55,136 bases of DNA from a virus (taxonomy: Duplodnaviria; Caudoviricetes): positions 1 through 55,136 of the IMG/VR virus record IMGVR_UViG_3300020441_000006. One strand, written 5' to 3'. Shown piece by piece: positions 27,843 to 38,376 of this stretch. The translations under genes and the position numbers were made by a program. The first letter of the stretch is position 1. Every line of letters begins with the position of its first letter. Below the pieces are notes generated by a model, which had not been told where the DNA came from, searched no databases, and worked only from the letters and a program-made list of their open reading frames with translations.

Positions 27843-28979
27843 ATGGCGTGGTATGATTTTATTCTAGATACTGGTAAACAATTTTTTAAACCTCAGAATT
27901 TAATGAGTTCTTTAGGCACCGCAGGCATTATGCAATTGTTTGGTGGTGATAGTGATGATTTTAAAAGAAACTTTTTATTAAGTAATTTATCACGATCTAT
28001 GAATCCTTTATCATTAAGCGCTAAAGATAAGCAAAAAGCTTTTGCAAAATTAAGCCCTAAAGAAAAACAAGAATATACAAATTTAGCTCGTTCTGGAAAT
28101 TTAAGAAAAGAAGACTTTCAAACTTTTAAAGATTTAGGAGTTATTAAGCCTGGCGCATTTAATACTCATGAAGATTATTTACAATACTTTCAATCGAAAC
28201 AAGCTCCTTCAGCTGGTTTACCTGATTTTACTCCCCCAGAAGGTCCAAAACTAATGCGTACATCTATGGGTGGTGGATCTAATCAACCTTCCCAACAAAT
28301 AAGTACAACTTCTTATAAAGGTTTTAATGATCCAGCTGGTATATTGAGTTTACCTCAATCTCAAGGAACAAGTCGCGGTGGCGCACCGAATTATGAAATA
28401 ACAGAAGGTCCGGGAGGAACACAACGGTATTACGATCCAAAGAGCGGAAAAGAATTTATTCTTGGTGGTGATGGAAAAGTAAGCATGATAAGTCAAGGCA
28501 GTCCTCAAGCCCCCGGCTTTGGACAAGGAGGATTTAATTTTAATCAAGGTATTGGTGGATTGAATCAAGGATTCTTTGGACCACATCTTCAAAACTTTGA
28601 TCAGATTATGATGAATAAACTTTTATTAGAGGCTATTAATCCTGATTATTACAAGAAAAGAGATTTTGCAGCGGAGGCTGAAGAAAGAGATAAGAGATTA
28701 AGAAGAGAATTTAGAGCAGAAAGTTTAGATCCAATGATGTCAGGTTTTGCACGCAACATGCGTCCACGAGGATATAGCTCTGGTGGTATCACTGATTTAA
28801 CAGACGGTGGAGAATCGGCTGGCCCCGGAACAGGAACTTCGGATTCTATCCCGGCTTTATTATCTGATGGAGAATTTGTTATGACAGCTGAGGCGGTAAG
28901 AAATATGGGTAATGGTTCACGAGAAAAAGGAACTCGTAAAATGTATAATTTAATGAATAGTTTAGAAAGAAAAGCATAA
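27843..28979 (+). CDS. Putative internal virion (ejection/pilot) protein
   Basis: GPGTGTSDSIPALLSDGEFVMTA motif at C-terminus. Confidence 0.7.
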   Translation: MAWYDFILDTGKQFFKPQNLMSSLGTAGIMQLFGGDSDDFKRNFLLSNLSRSMNPLSLSAKDKQKAFAKLSPKEKQEYTNLARSGNLRKEDFQTFKDLGVIKPGAFNTHEDYLQYFQSKQAPSAGLPDFTPPEGPKLMRTSMGGGSNQPSQQISTTSYKGFNDPAGILSLPQSQGTSRGGAPNYEITEGPGGTQRYYDPKSGKEFILGGDGKVSMISQGSPQAPGFGQGGFNFNQGIGGLNQGFFGPHLQNFDQIMMNKLLLEAINPDYYKKRDFAAEAEERDKRLRREFRAESLDPMMSGFARNMRPRGYSSGGITDLTDGGESAGPGTGTSDSIPALLSDGEFVMTAEAVRNMGNGSREKGTRKMYNLMNSLERKA

Positions 28980-30067
28980 TGGCTGAAGTAGGACAATCAC
29001 AACAAACATATATGGATCCTGTAAAAAGAGAATTACTTAATTTCTTGGTACAACAGTCTATGGGTTTAATTAGCGGAATGCAACCTAAGTTAGACGATCA
29101 AGGGAATATTATTTATGGTACGCGAAAAGATTCTTTAGGAAATCCTTTACCAGAAATGGAATATGTAGGAAGACCTTTTTCACAAGATGCCGTTACTAAA
29201 CAAGTTGCACCCTTAACTGGATTAGAAACCTCCGCTTACCAAGCTGCTGGCGCTGGAGTCGGTCAATTTCTTCCTTACTTGCAAGATGCAAGAAGACTGT
29301 ATGGCGAAGCGGGAGCGCTAGAAAGAGAGCGAGTACCATTTGTTACAGAAGGTATATTAGGTACCCGTAAAGGAATGGATTTAGTAGAAAGCGCATTACC
29401 TTACTATCAAGGAATTGCTGACGAAAATAGATTTACAGAACAAGTTGCTGATAGATTAACAAAAAGATTAGAAGATAATGAAGCGAGACAATTAAGTAAT
29501 TTAGCACGAAGCGCTGGTGGATCTGGAGCTTTAGGCGGAAGTCGTTACGGAATAGAAAGAGCTAATATACAAGAAGGAACTCAAGAAGCTTTAGCTGATA
29601 GTTTAGCAAACTTGTATAACACAAATTTTCAAAATCAAAGACAAGCTGAACAAGTTGCAGCCCAAGGCATAAGTAGTTTAGGCAGCACATATGGAACTAT
29701 GGCAAGAGCTGTTCCGTCTGTTGCTCAAGGATATGGATCTGTAGCAACTGGACTTGGATCTTTAGCTGGTAACTTTGCCCAATTAGGTCAAACAGGACAA
29801 CAAATGTATGGACAAGATTTAAATACAGCTAGAACATATGGGCAATCATTAAGAGATTATAATCAAAGTTTATTAGACACACGACAATCTAATTTATATG
29901 CTGAACAATCTTTACCGTTCCAGTTATTAGGTTATATGTCAGGTGTTACAGGAAGTTTACCAAATAATCCTTACACTATATCAACTCCATTACCTAACCA
30001 AGGCGATAGTTATGGAATGGCATCCGGTATAGCTGGCGTAGGTCCGTTTGGTGGAGGGAGTGTATAA
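28979..30067 (+). CDS. Putative internal virion (DNA transfer) protein
   Basis: Q/G/A-rich helical, GALGGSR motif. Confidence 0.7.
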   Translation: MAEVGQSQQTYMDPVKRELLNFLVQQSMGLISGMQPKLDDQGNIIYGTRKDSLGNPLPEMEYVGRPFSQDAVTKQVAPLTGLETSAYQAAGAGVGQFLPYLQDARRLYGEAGALERERVPFVTEGILGTRKGMDLVESALPYYQGIADENRFTEQVADRLTKRLEDNEARQLSNLARSAGGSGALGGSRYGIERANIQEGTQEALADSLANLYNTNFQNQRQAEQVAAQGISSLGSTYGTMARAVPSVAQGYGSVATGLGSLAGNFAQLGQTGQQMYGQDLNTARTYGQSLRDYNQSLLDTRQSNLYAEQSLPFQLLGYMSGVTGSLPNNPYTISTPLPNQGDSYGMASGIAGVGPFGGGSV

Positions 30068-31629
30068 TGCATAAACCTTGGCATCAAAGATCTATGATGA
30101 AATATAATGTTGGTGGACCGGTATCAACTACACGTAAAAGACGTGGATTTGTTCCAGCAAATCCAAATATACAAACAAAAGAAGTTATTACGGTTGATGA
30201 TCAAGGGCGCCCATTATTTTTAATTCCAAGTACAAGCGGTGGTCATGCTGGTAGAAGAAAAGAACTTATTAATAGAGAAAAGATAGAAGGTATTCTTTCT
30301 AATCTTCCTGAGATAATTAGGAAACATCCACATGCTAATCGCGCACCAATAATAAAAACAGATTATGGACCATTAGGAATTTTAGGTCTTAATGTTAAGG
30401 ATGGATTAATTAATATGATTGGTAATAATAACCAAAGAGATAGAGCTGTTGCTGAATATCTTCAAGAAAACCCTGATCGCTACACTGCAATTATGGAAAG
30501 ATTTGACGGAGATATAAATAAACTATCAGAATATCTTTCATCTGATGAAGTTACGGCAGAAGACATTGAATTATTTAATCCTGAACTCACCGAAAATCTT
30601 GAGATAGCAAGTGGCACTACTGAAAACCAAGATCAGAGTGATGCAACAACAGTTAGCACTGAAGAAGAAGAACAACAAACAGACGACAATACAGAACTAC
30701 CTCCAGAAGAGCCAAAAGAAGAAACAGTGGAAGATTTTGTGAATCGCATAAGTACAGAATCTTTTATTGATAAAAGTCCAGAATACAGACCGGAGGCAAA
30801 ACGAGCTGGTAATGTAGCTCAAATGTATGGTGAAATTGCTCCAGGTCAAGTAGGTGGTTTTGGTCCGGGACTGTCCCGCGGAGCGCGGACAGCGGAGCTG
30901 CGCCAGCAAGGTATTGAAGATAAAGAAAGAGAATACGAAAAAGAAAGAGCAATAGAGATGGCTAAGTTAGCTGCTGAACCTAAATATGGAAAGTTAGTTG
31001 ATTTTAAATTAGGTCCTCTAGGAGACAGTAATTTAGTATTACAAAAATATGTAAGTAAAACCCCTGGATCAAGAGAGTCTTTAGCTGCAGAAGGATCCGC
31101 TGCTATGGTGGTTAATGAAGTTTATAATGGCATAAAAAATATTAATGCTGGTTTATCTAAAATTAATTGGTTAAAGCAAAATGCTGACGGCGCAACTGGT
31201 GGGCCGCCTGCCCTTAAATCTTTTGCCGAAAAAGCAGCGCAAGCTTTAGGAATTTCATTACCTGCGGGACAATACACTACTCAAAAAGCTGTCGTTGATT
31301 TTCTTCAATTAGAATATGCTAAACAATTATTGGGAGAAGGCGGTAAAACAATATCTAATGAAGAAAGGCAAATGGTTAGAGAAGCTTTAGGCAAACCAGG
31401 AGTATTTAATACAGTATCTGAGATGTTAGTAAAACTAGGAGAAGTGGAAGACAGACTAACTCGTAATTTAAAAGAGCATGAAAGATTTATAAATAATGCA
31501 GCAGCCGAACATCCATCTATCAATGATGCGCTAATTACTTATCAAGAAAATATAGGTGTTAGACCATCTTCTCAAAAACCAGTAGACGAAATGTCCGAAG
31601 AAGAAATTGATGCTGAGCTAAAAGGTTAA
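30067..31629 (+). CDS. Putative internal virion protein
   Basis: Helical, G..ISN.ER motif; position. Confidence 0.6.
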   Translation: MHKPWHQRSMMKYNVGGPVSTTRKRRGFVPANPNIQTKEVITVDDQGRPLFLIPSTSGGHAGRRKELINREKIEGILSNLPEIIRKHPHANRAPIIKTDYGPLGILGLNVKDGLINMIGNNNQRDRAVAEYLQENPDRYTAIMERFDGDINKLSEYLSSDEVTAEDIELFNPELTENLEIASGTTENQDQSDATTVSTEEEEQQTDDNTELPPEEPKEETVEDFVNRISTESFIDKSPEYRPEAKRAGNVAQMYGEIAPGQVGGFGPGLSRGARTAELRQQGIEDKEREYEKERAIEMAKLAAEPKYGKLVDFKLGPLGDSNLVLQKYVSKTPGSRESLAAEGSAAMVVNEVYNGIKNINAGLSKINWLKQNADGATGGPPALKSFAEKAAQALGISLPAGQYTTQKAVVDFLQLEYAKQLLGEGGKTISNEERQMVREALGKPGVFNTVSEMLVKLGEVEDRLTRNLKEHERFINNAAAEHPSINDALITYQENIGVRPSSQKPVDEMSEEEIDAELKG

Positions 31630-31631
31630 TT

Positions 31632-34600
31632 ATGGCTGATACCTTAGAATTAAAAAGAAAAAGATTAATGCTAAAAAGACAGCGAGAGTCTAATAGCGGT
31701 AATCCCAATGCTGAATCTTTTTTTAAATCAGCTCAAGTATCAGACATTCCTCAAACACAAGGAACAGATCCATCTCAATATGTAGATCAAAATATTGCAC
31801 GTTCTCCTGAAAGAGAAAAATATGACACTGATGTTGATTATTCAAGTGGAATAAAAAATCAAGGATTTCGCTGGCGATTTTCTAATTTAAATACCGACAA
31901 AGAAAGAGCTTTATTATTAAATAAAGAATTAGGCCCTCAAAAAGAATTTTGGGATGTAGATAGATCAGGAAGATTTATTCTTACGACTTCTGGAAGACAA
32001 AAATTAGGTGATGAAGGAGAAGGTAAAATAGCTATTGATGAGGAGGGATTGAGCTGGAGTGATGTTACAGACTTTGTTGGTCAAGCTGGTCTTCCCATTT
32101 TAGGCTCTATTTTAGGAACAGTTGGAGCTGTCATAGCTGCACCTGTTGCCGCTCCATTGCTAGCGGCAAGTGCGGGAGCGGGGCTAGGAGCTGGTTTGTT
32201 TTCTTTTGCAGATGAAATGCAACAAAAAGGACGAGGTGTAGCAGATGAAGATTTTAATGAATATGGAAAAAGAGCGGCAATAGAATCAGCTTTAGGTGCT
32301 GGCGGTGAACTAGTTGGCGGTGTTCTTTTTAATACTATTAGAAGATTAGTTAAAAAGAGTGGCGGAACCGGAACCGGTCTTGTTAAAGATGTATTTTTAG
32401 GTAAAGGTGCTACAGAAGAAGGAATTGAAAGAGCAGCTCAATTAAGAAGTTTAGTTGAGTCAGAATATACACCTGACATTACAGCCGAAGGATTAAGTAA
32501 CAGACCTATTATGGGTATTAATGTAAGAATAGCTGAAACACTTTTCCCCGGTAGAATAGAAGAAAATGCTCAAGTTTTAAGAAAAAGAATAGCCGACCAA
32601 TTATTTGATGGAAGAGAAGACTATTTAGATATTAAAGCTTTAGAAGAAATGGTAGAGCAATTTGAAAAAGGAAAATTAAGAATTGGAAGTGAAACAGTAG
32701 AACTAGCAGAACAAGATATTAAAAATTATCTTACTTCAGCTTATGATAATATTTTACAAAAGGTGGAAACAGAAGGATTTGATCCAGCTCAAGCAGCTAA
32801 ACAGTTAAGTGAAGTGCAACAAGCTTTTCATAAAACAATGGATGATACATTTTTAGCTATCGACATAGATATGGGAATGGCAAATAGTAAGTTACTTGAA
32901 ATTGAGGATTTAGGAAAAACTTTAGAAGAATTTGATGATACTATAATTTTGAAAACACAAACTCCGTTAGATGGAGGTGGGCCTGTTGGTCCCGCTTTTA
33001 TAGCACCAACAAATTTTAAAAATATGTTAAATGCTACTTTGGAACAATCAGGAGGAGATCCAAACGTAATATCTAACACAATCATTAAAAAGATTTTAGA
33101 ACCAGATCCTGAAAAAGGAGGTCTTTCTCATTTAACTTTAAGACAAGTAAACGCAATAAGATCATATATAAATAGTTTTGATGCAGAAAAAGCTATTGGT
33201 GGAGATGCTTCAACATTTGGATTAGGAAAATTAAGAGAAGCTTTAGATGATGATATTGCTCTTGCAGCTAATAAAATAAGAGATGTTAATACATCTTTAA
33301 AAGGTAAAGCTAAACTTAATGAGAACGAAAAACTTTTAAGCGATGCTTTTAAACAAATGGAAAAAAGCGTAGATGATTTAGAAAAAGCTCAATTAAATTA
33401 TGCAGACTTCATGACGCATCAGGATGACGCATCCATTAGGGCTATGGTTCGTAGTGTAGTAAATGGTGAAGCTGCGACCGGAGATTATATAAATACTTTA
33501 TTAAATGATCCTAATGCAATGGCTAAATTTTTAAGTGGAATAAGAAAAGCAAAATCAAGTGAAGGATTTAAAGGTGTCCAAGGTAATTTAGTTGAACCAC
33601 CAACATTTACAAGAGGAGAACAAGCAACTTTAGAAAGCTTTGCTACTAGAGCCGGAAAAACTTTAGAAGAAGTAGTAGATGATGTTACTCAAAAAATGGA
33701 AACTCCTGGCGCTCTTAAGACACAAGATGAAATAACAATAAAAAACATTATAGAAAGAAGTAATACACGAAAACAAAACTTTGAAGAGTTTGGTAGATCT
33801 ATGACAGATACATTACCAGCTTTAGAAGATAAAAGTATTGAAATATTACAAAAGAAATTTTTTCAGAACGCAATTAAAAAAGCAACTGTTGATGGTAAAT
33901 TTGATGTAAGAAAATTTGGACAATACATAGATAGTTTTAATGCTAAACCTAGAGTTGCAAAAGGATCTGAACCGGGAACAGCCGGAGCGGGATTTATAGA
34001 TAAATCTTTTGAAAATAAAACTTTTTTTGAAATGCTTTTTCCTGATGGAAAAGGTATGGAGATGATAGAAAGTATTCAAAAATTAAATAGAAATATTGCT
34101 GACGGAGAAATCGATAATTTTACATTTATAGCTGATGATCTTCTTTTAGATAGCACAGCCCCTAACGCAGGTGGTGTTCAAATAGATGAATTAATTAGTA
34201 GGTTAAAAGAAGGAAAAGAATTATCAGAAACTTTAGTTGGGCCTCAATCTGCAAAAATGACAGATCTTGCAGAAAACCAAACAGGAAGTCAAGCACTACG
34301 CTATATTGCGGGGAGAAGCCCCGGCGAACAAGTGCAATATTTTAAAGCAGCTGATAAACATATAAAAAAATTAAGAGAGGCTGGAAAAACTACTTTAGCT
34401 GATGAATATGATGTATTTAGAACTAATGTAAGAGATTTATTATTAGCTCGCTTAATTGATAGAGGATCTGGGAATGCTACCGATGATGTATTTAATGTTT
34501 TAGATCCTAGAAAATTAAAAAGAATATTGTCTGGTGAGGGAAAAATAGCTGGATATTCAGATAATGACTTAGATTTAATTTTTGGTAAAGGTATGAATTT

Positions 34601-35270
34601 TACTGATAAAAAAATATTTGGCAAACAACCTAAAAATTTTACAGATGCAATTAAGTTAATAGGTGAAGAGGCTGAATTAGTTTCTTCATTAGGAGGGGGA
34701 AGTAAACAACGGGGTGTAGGACTACAAGCAGCTACAGCATCTACTAATGTTGCTGGTGGTTTTTTAGGAGGAAACAGAAGACAAGCATGGAACGGTTTAA
34801 CAAAAATAGGAAGAGCAATGGTAATGGCTCGTACAATTCAATCGCCAGCCTATATGAAATGGGCGCTTACTCCTCCTAAAACTTTAGCACAAATGAAAAA
34901 AGCTAGAGTAGCTTTACGCGATGCTTTTATCCAAAGTTTAAATAGAGTTGTAGGATCTGGAAGTAAAGCTGCTGTTGGTGAAGTTAATGAATTAATTCAA
35001 GAAGAGGTAAAACCTCGCGTAGAAGAAGTGACAGAAAAAGTAACTGAATCTGTAAGACCAGAAACACAAGGTGGTCCAGAAGTAGAAAGAGATGAAAGAG
35101 CTGTAGAAATACAAACTCCTCGAATACCTATACCTTCTCCTCAAGAAATATCTTTACGCGGTCCAGCAATGGATTTATCTTCAGGTAATATAGAACGAGA
35201 TATTGCACTTGGGGCTGCGGGAACGAATCCGACAACACAAGCACTATTAAGAGCAAGAGGTAGAGCATAA
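31632..35270 (+). CDS. Large putative ejection protein
   Basis: 1212 aa, G/A-rich hydrophobic segments near N-terminus, helical remainder. Confidence 0.65.
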   Translation: MADTLELKRKRLMLKRQRESNSGNPNAESFFKSAQVSDIPQTQGTDPSQYVDQNIARSPEREKYDTDVDYSSGIKNQGFRWRFSNLNTDKERALLLNKELGPQKEFWDVDRSGRFILTTSGRQKLGDEGEGKIAIDEEGLSWSDVTDFVGQAGLPILGSILGTVGAVIAAPVAAPLLAASAGAGLGAGLFSFADEMQQKGRGVADEDFNEYGKRAAIESALGAGGELVGGVLFNTIRRLVKKSGGTGTGLVKDVFLGKGATEEGIERAAQLRSLVESEYTPDITAEGLSNRPIMGINVRIAETLFPGRIEENAQVLRKRIADQLFDGREDYLDIKALEEMVEQFEKGKLRIGSETVELAEQDIKNYLTSAYDNILQKVETEGFDPAQAAKQLSEVQQAFHKTMDDTFLAIDIDMGMANSKLLEIEDLGKTLEEFDDTIILKTQTPLDGGGPVGPAFIAPTNFKNMLNATLEQSGGDPNVISNTIIKKILEPDPEKGGLSHLTLRQVNAIRSYINSFDAEKAIGGDASTFGLGKLREALDDDIALAANKIRDVNTSLKGKAKLNENEKLLSDAFKQMEKSVDDLEKAQLNYADFMTHQDDASIRAMVRSVVNGEAATGDYINTLLNDPNAMAKFLSGIRKAKSSEGFKGVQGNLVEPPTFTRGEQATLESFATRAGKTLEEVVDDVTQKMETPGALKTQDEITIKNIIERSNTRKQNFEEFGRSMTDTLPALEDKSIEILQKKFFQNAIKKATVDGKFDVRKFGQYIDSFNAKPRVAKGSEPGTAGAGFIDKSFENKTFFEMLFPDGKGMEMIESIQKLNRNIADGEIDNFTFIADDLLLDSTAPNAGGVQIDELISRLKEGKELSETLVGPQSAKMTDLAENQTGSQALRYIAGRSPGEQVQYFKAADKHIKKLREAGKTTLADEYDVFRTNVRDLLLARLIDRGSGNATDDVFNVLDPRKLKRILSGEGKIAGYSDNDLDLIFGKGMNFTDKKIFGKQPKNFTDAIKLIGEEAELVSSLGGGSKQRGVGLQAATASTNVAGGFLGGNRRQAWNGLTKIGRAMVMARTIQSPAYMKWALTPPKTLAQMKKARVALRDAFIQSLNRVVGSGSKAAVGEVNELIQEEVKPRVEEVTEKVTESVRPETQGGPEVERDERAVEIQTPRIPIPSPQEISLRGPAMDLSSGNIERDIALGAAGTNPTTQALLRARGRA

Positions 35271-38002
35271 TGGCAGAAAATAAAACAGGAATAGGTGGAT
35301 TATATTCAAGCGGTTATGGCCCCTACATGACACGAACAGACGCTCAATTTGTTAGAAGACCAGCTCAGAATTTTATGACTGGTCAAAATCTTCAGAACCC
35401 TCCATTGGACATTTTTGATGTTACGATGAATCCCGATCAATTCTTTGGCGGTTCAGGAACTGGAACATTTAATCAACAATTTGAAGGAAGCGTACGACGT
35501 CCCGGATTAGGATCAGGTAATCCTAATTTAGGAGATCCAACCTTTGGTGGTGGGACCGTCCCAGGTGGCGGGGGTGCCGGGAACACCGGCGGGGGAGGAT
35601 CTGGAGGTTCTGGAGGCGGCGGAGGCGGCGGAGGTGACGGCGGCGTCATCATAGGCCCCGGACCAGGCGGAGGTGGTGGTGTTGATTTAGAATTACCCGT
35701 AGTTAAAGGGCCTGGGACTGGTGAACAAATATTAGGGCTGTTGATTGGAGCCGGTCTTTCAGCTGCAATGCCAACAATTATTAGTAAATTATCAAGTGGA
35801 ATGGGTTTTGGTGATTTATCAACAGAAGAACAAATTAAAATTAATCAAGCTTTAAATCAAACTGGCTATGATATGAGTGCTAATTTAACGAATATTATTG
35901 ATAGTAAAATAGATCCAATAATTGAAAACAATATTGAAACTAAATTTGAAGAAGATTTATATGATAATTTAGAGCCTGATGACGATATATTTGGAGCAGA
36001 TGATAATTACACACGTTTAGATGACATGACAAATGCGGCCATAGATAGTATGTTGCAAGCAGAGGAAGATAATCTTGGTCCAACAGAAAAAGTAACTGTT
36101 TATGAAGTTGATGATCCTACTTCTTTTACGGGTGATTTAACAAATTTAGCTGGAGACAGTGTAGAGTTTATTACAGGAACTGGTGCAGGCGTAGATAGAC
36201 AAGGTAATGTTTATGTTGAAGAGGTAGAAACAACTGCTGACGCAAGTCAAGTAGAAGAAATGAATCAGTTAGAAGATGATCTTAAAGAAGCGGGTTATAC
36301 TGATAAAGATATTTTAAATATTCAAAGTAATGACGCTCTTTATCAATCTTTATTAAGCAAGGCTATAGGTGTAGACGCTTTAGATTTTCTTATAGGCGGA
36401 GACAAAGGAAAAATACCAGTAGTAAAAGATTATGAAATTGAAACTTTTGTAAGTGGTGGTGACGAATTAGATGTAGGGACATCGCAAGATAATGAAGATA
36501 TTTTTAGTTTAGAAGAATCGTCTAGTGATGATTTTATGTCCGATGAAAATTTAATAATGGATGAAGCTGGTAATTTTTATAAGAAAAATTCTTTAGGAAA
36601 ATTAGTAAAAATAACTCCGTCAATCGCATCCGGCATAACAACTCTTGGATTAGGTGATCCGTCTAATGTTAACGAAATAGTTAAAATATTGGATCCGTTA
36701 GAATTTACTGAGGCAGGCGCTTCAAATATAGCTGGTGAAGGAACTGGAATTTTTTATAATGATCCCGGTATGACGAAAGCAGAAAGCCTTATATCATCTC
36801 TGGGAGATTCGTCTACTTATACTTTAAACGAAGCTGGAAATTATGTAAGTAAAAATACAGGAAATGTTATTTCTTCTGCGGAATATAATGATTTAGTAAA
36901 CGCGGAAGAGGCAGTAGATACATTTGATGAAGGCGGAGGTATATTTGATTTCCTAAGCAAAGGTGGCGGAGATGTAGCTGGTTATAAAGGTGGCTTAAAT
37001 GTTGGAGAAGGAATATCTGTTGGTTTATCAGCATTACAACTAGGTAAAGCTATTAAAGATGGAGATGCTGTAGGTATGGCATCTGGAACTTTGGGTATTA
37101 TAACAACACTTGCAGGTATCGGAGGATTACCCGGAATAGCAATAGGGATGGCTCCAGCGCTTATGCAAATGGCACTTGGAGGACCAGAACCTTATACAGT
37201 TGGAACTGAAGCTACCGTAAGAGATGATGGATATGTAGATATTAAACCTGTATATGACGGAGGTCGTGAAATTGATACAGTAAAAACATTGGTGGGATCC
37301 GCTGACAAAGTAAATAGTATTATCTTCCAAGCTAAATTAGAGGGAATAGATGTTGGTATAAATGATGAAGGAGCAAAAGCTATTTCTGATGCTACTACAT
37401 TTACAAGTATGCCAGGAGGAAAAGAGAAAAGTGGTGTTGGATATGTCGGCCAACAAATTGAAGAGTTAGGCGGTTCAGATGCTGTTGCTACAAACGCTCT
37501 TATGAAAGCTATTGAAGTGGGTGGAGTAACTGGAGATGTTGAGGCTTTTGCAGAAATAGTAAATAGAGAAAAACCTGATGCATTTGATGAAGGCGGATGG
37601 GGTAAATTAAATAACCAAATAGATCTTATTAATAATGCTGTCGATAGTGGATTAATTCCAGACGCTACAAGAAATTATGGAAAACCAGATAATGTAGTTG
37701 GATATAGAAATCCGGATCTCAATAATATATGGGATGACGCTGGCACTCCAGATGATTTTAGTGATGATGAATTAATATTTGCTGCACCATTCTCAAGCCA
37801 AGCATTATCTCAAGCACCTGGACTTCAAAACATTAGTTTAGGAAGTGACGAAGAAGTTGATAAATTTAATGCAATGATTGAAGCTAACAGAAAAGCTGAT
37901 GATATCACTGAAGTTATAGCAAACTTACAAGGTGCTGGTTATGATGGCTTTGCCGATTACTTTGTTGATGAACTAGATAAAAGAAACGAAGGATCTATTT
38001 AA
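35270..38002 (+). CDS. Large acidic Gly-rich protein of unknown function
   Basis: 910 aa, poly-Gly tract, hydrophobic segments; coupled to previous gene. Confidence 0.7.
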   Translation: MAENKTGIGGLYSSGYGPYMTRTDAQFVRRPAQNFMTGQNLQNPPLDIFDVTMNPDQFFGGSGTGTFNQQFEGSVRRPGLGSGNPNLGDPTFGGGTVPGGGGAGNTGGGGSGGSGGGGGGGGDGGVIIGPGPGGGGGVDLELPVVKGPGTGEQILGLLIGAGLSAAMPTIISKLSSGMGFGDLSTEEQIKINQALNQTGYDMSANLTNIIDSKIDPIIENNIETKFEEDLYDNLEPDDDIFGADDNYTRLDDMTNAAIDSMLQAEEDNLGPTEKVTVYEVDDPTSFTGDLTNLAGDSVEFITGTGAGVDRQGNVYVEEVETTADASQVEEMNQLEDDLKEAGYTDKDILNIQSNDALYQSLLSKAIGVDALDFLIGGDKGKIPVVKDYEIETFVSGGDELDVGTSQDNEDIFSLEESSSDDFMSDENLIMDEAGNFYKKNSLGKLVKITPSIASGITTLGLGDPSNVNEIVKILDPLEFTEAGASNIAGEGTGIFYNDPGMTKAESLISSLGDSSTYTLNEAGNYVSKNTGNVISSAEYNDLVNAEEAVDTFDEGGGIFDFLSKGGGDVAGYKGGLNVGEGISVGLSALQLGKAIKDGDAVGMASGTLGIITTLAGIGGLPGIAIGMAPALMQMALGGPEPYTVGTEATVRDDGYVDIKPVYDGGREIDTVKTLVGSADKVNSIIFQAKLEGIDVGINDEGAKAISDATTFTSMPGGKEKSGVGYVGQQIEELGGSDAVATNALMKAIEVGGVTGDVEAFAEIVNREKPDAFDEGGWGKLNNQIDLINNAVDSGLIPDATRNYGKPDNVVGYRNPDLNNIWDDAGTPDDFSDDELIFAAPFSSQALSQAPGLQNISLGSDEEVDKFNAMIEANRKADDITEVIANLQGAGYDGFADYFVDELDKRNEGSI

Positions 38003-38211
38003 GACGGCGTAGATAAACCTATTGATTCAATACCACTAACAGAAACATCTTCATCTTTACCAAATTCATTATTCCATTGAAATCTAATTAATTGATTTAA
38101 AACAGATATTTGTGTCTTACCTGAATGCTTGGCCATAATTCTTAAACGAGCTAGATCCTCTGTATATATTCTAGCCGTTGAATAGCTTTTTTCTTTTTTG
38201 TTTTCTGCCAT
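37999..38211 (-). CDS. Putative ribbon-helix-helix transcriptional regulator
   Basis: STARI strand followed by two helices (LRIMAKHSGKTQISVLNQLI); divergent from replication operon; SD aaggag. Confidence 0.6.
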   Translation of the reverse strand: MAENKKEKSYSTARIYTEDLARLRIMAKHSGKTQISVLNQLIRFQWNNEFGKDEDVSVSGIESIGLSTPS

Positions 38212-38376
38212 GTTACTCTCCTTAAAAACAGTTTACATTATATATATATTGTATCAGTTTACAAGATTACAAAAAAAATATTTTTTTTTACTTGTATTAC
38301 AAATGTAAACGATATATAAAAATCAAAACGGTGAAAAAAATCGCCAACTTATTAACTACTTATAAAGGATTAAAAA
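38212..38376. promoter_or_regulatory. Divergent promoter region with three GTTTACA boxes
   Basis: Plus TTGTAT-17-TATAAA; minus TTGTAA-16-TATAAT; boxes at 38231, 38257 and 38304 (reverse). Confidence 0.7.

Noticed and set aside
35545-35680. GC-rich island suggesting foreign DNA
   Set aside because: Explained by poly-Gly codons within one ORF
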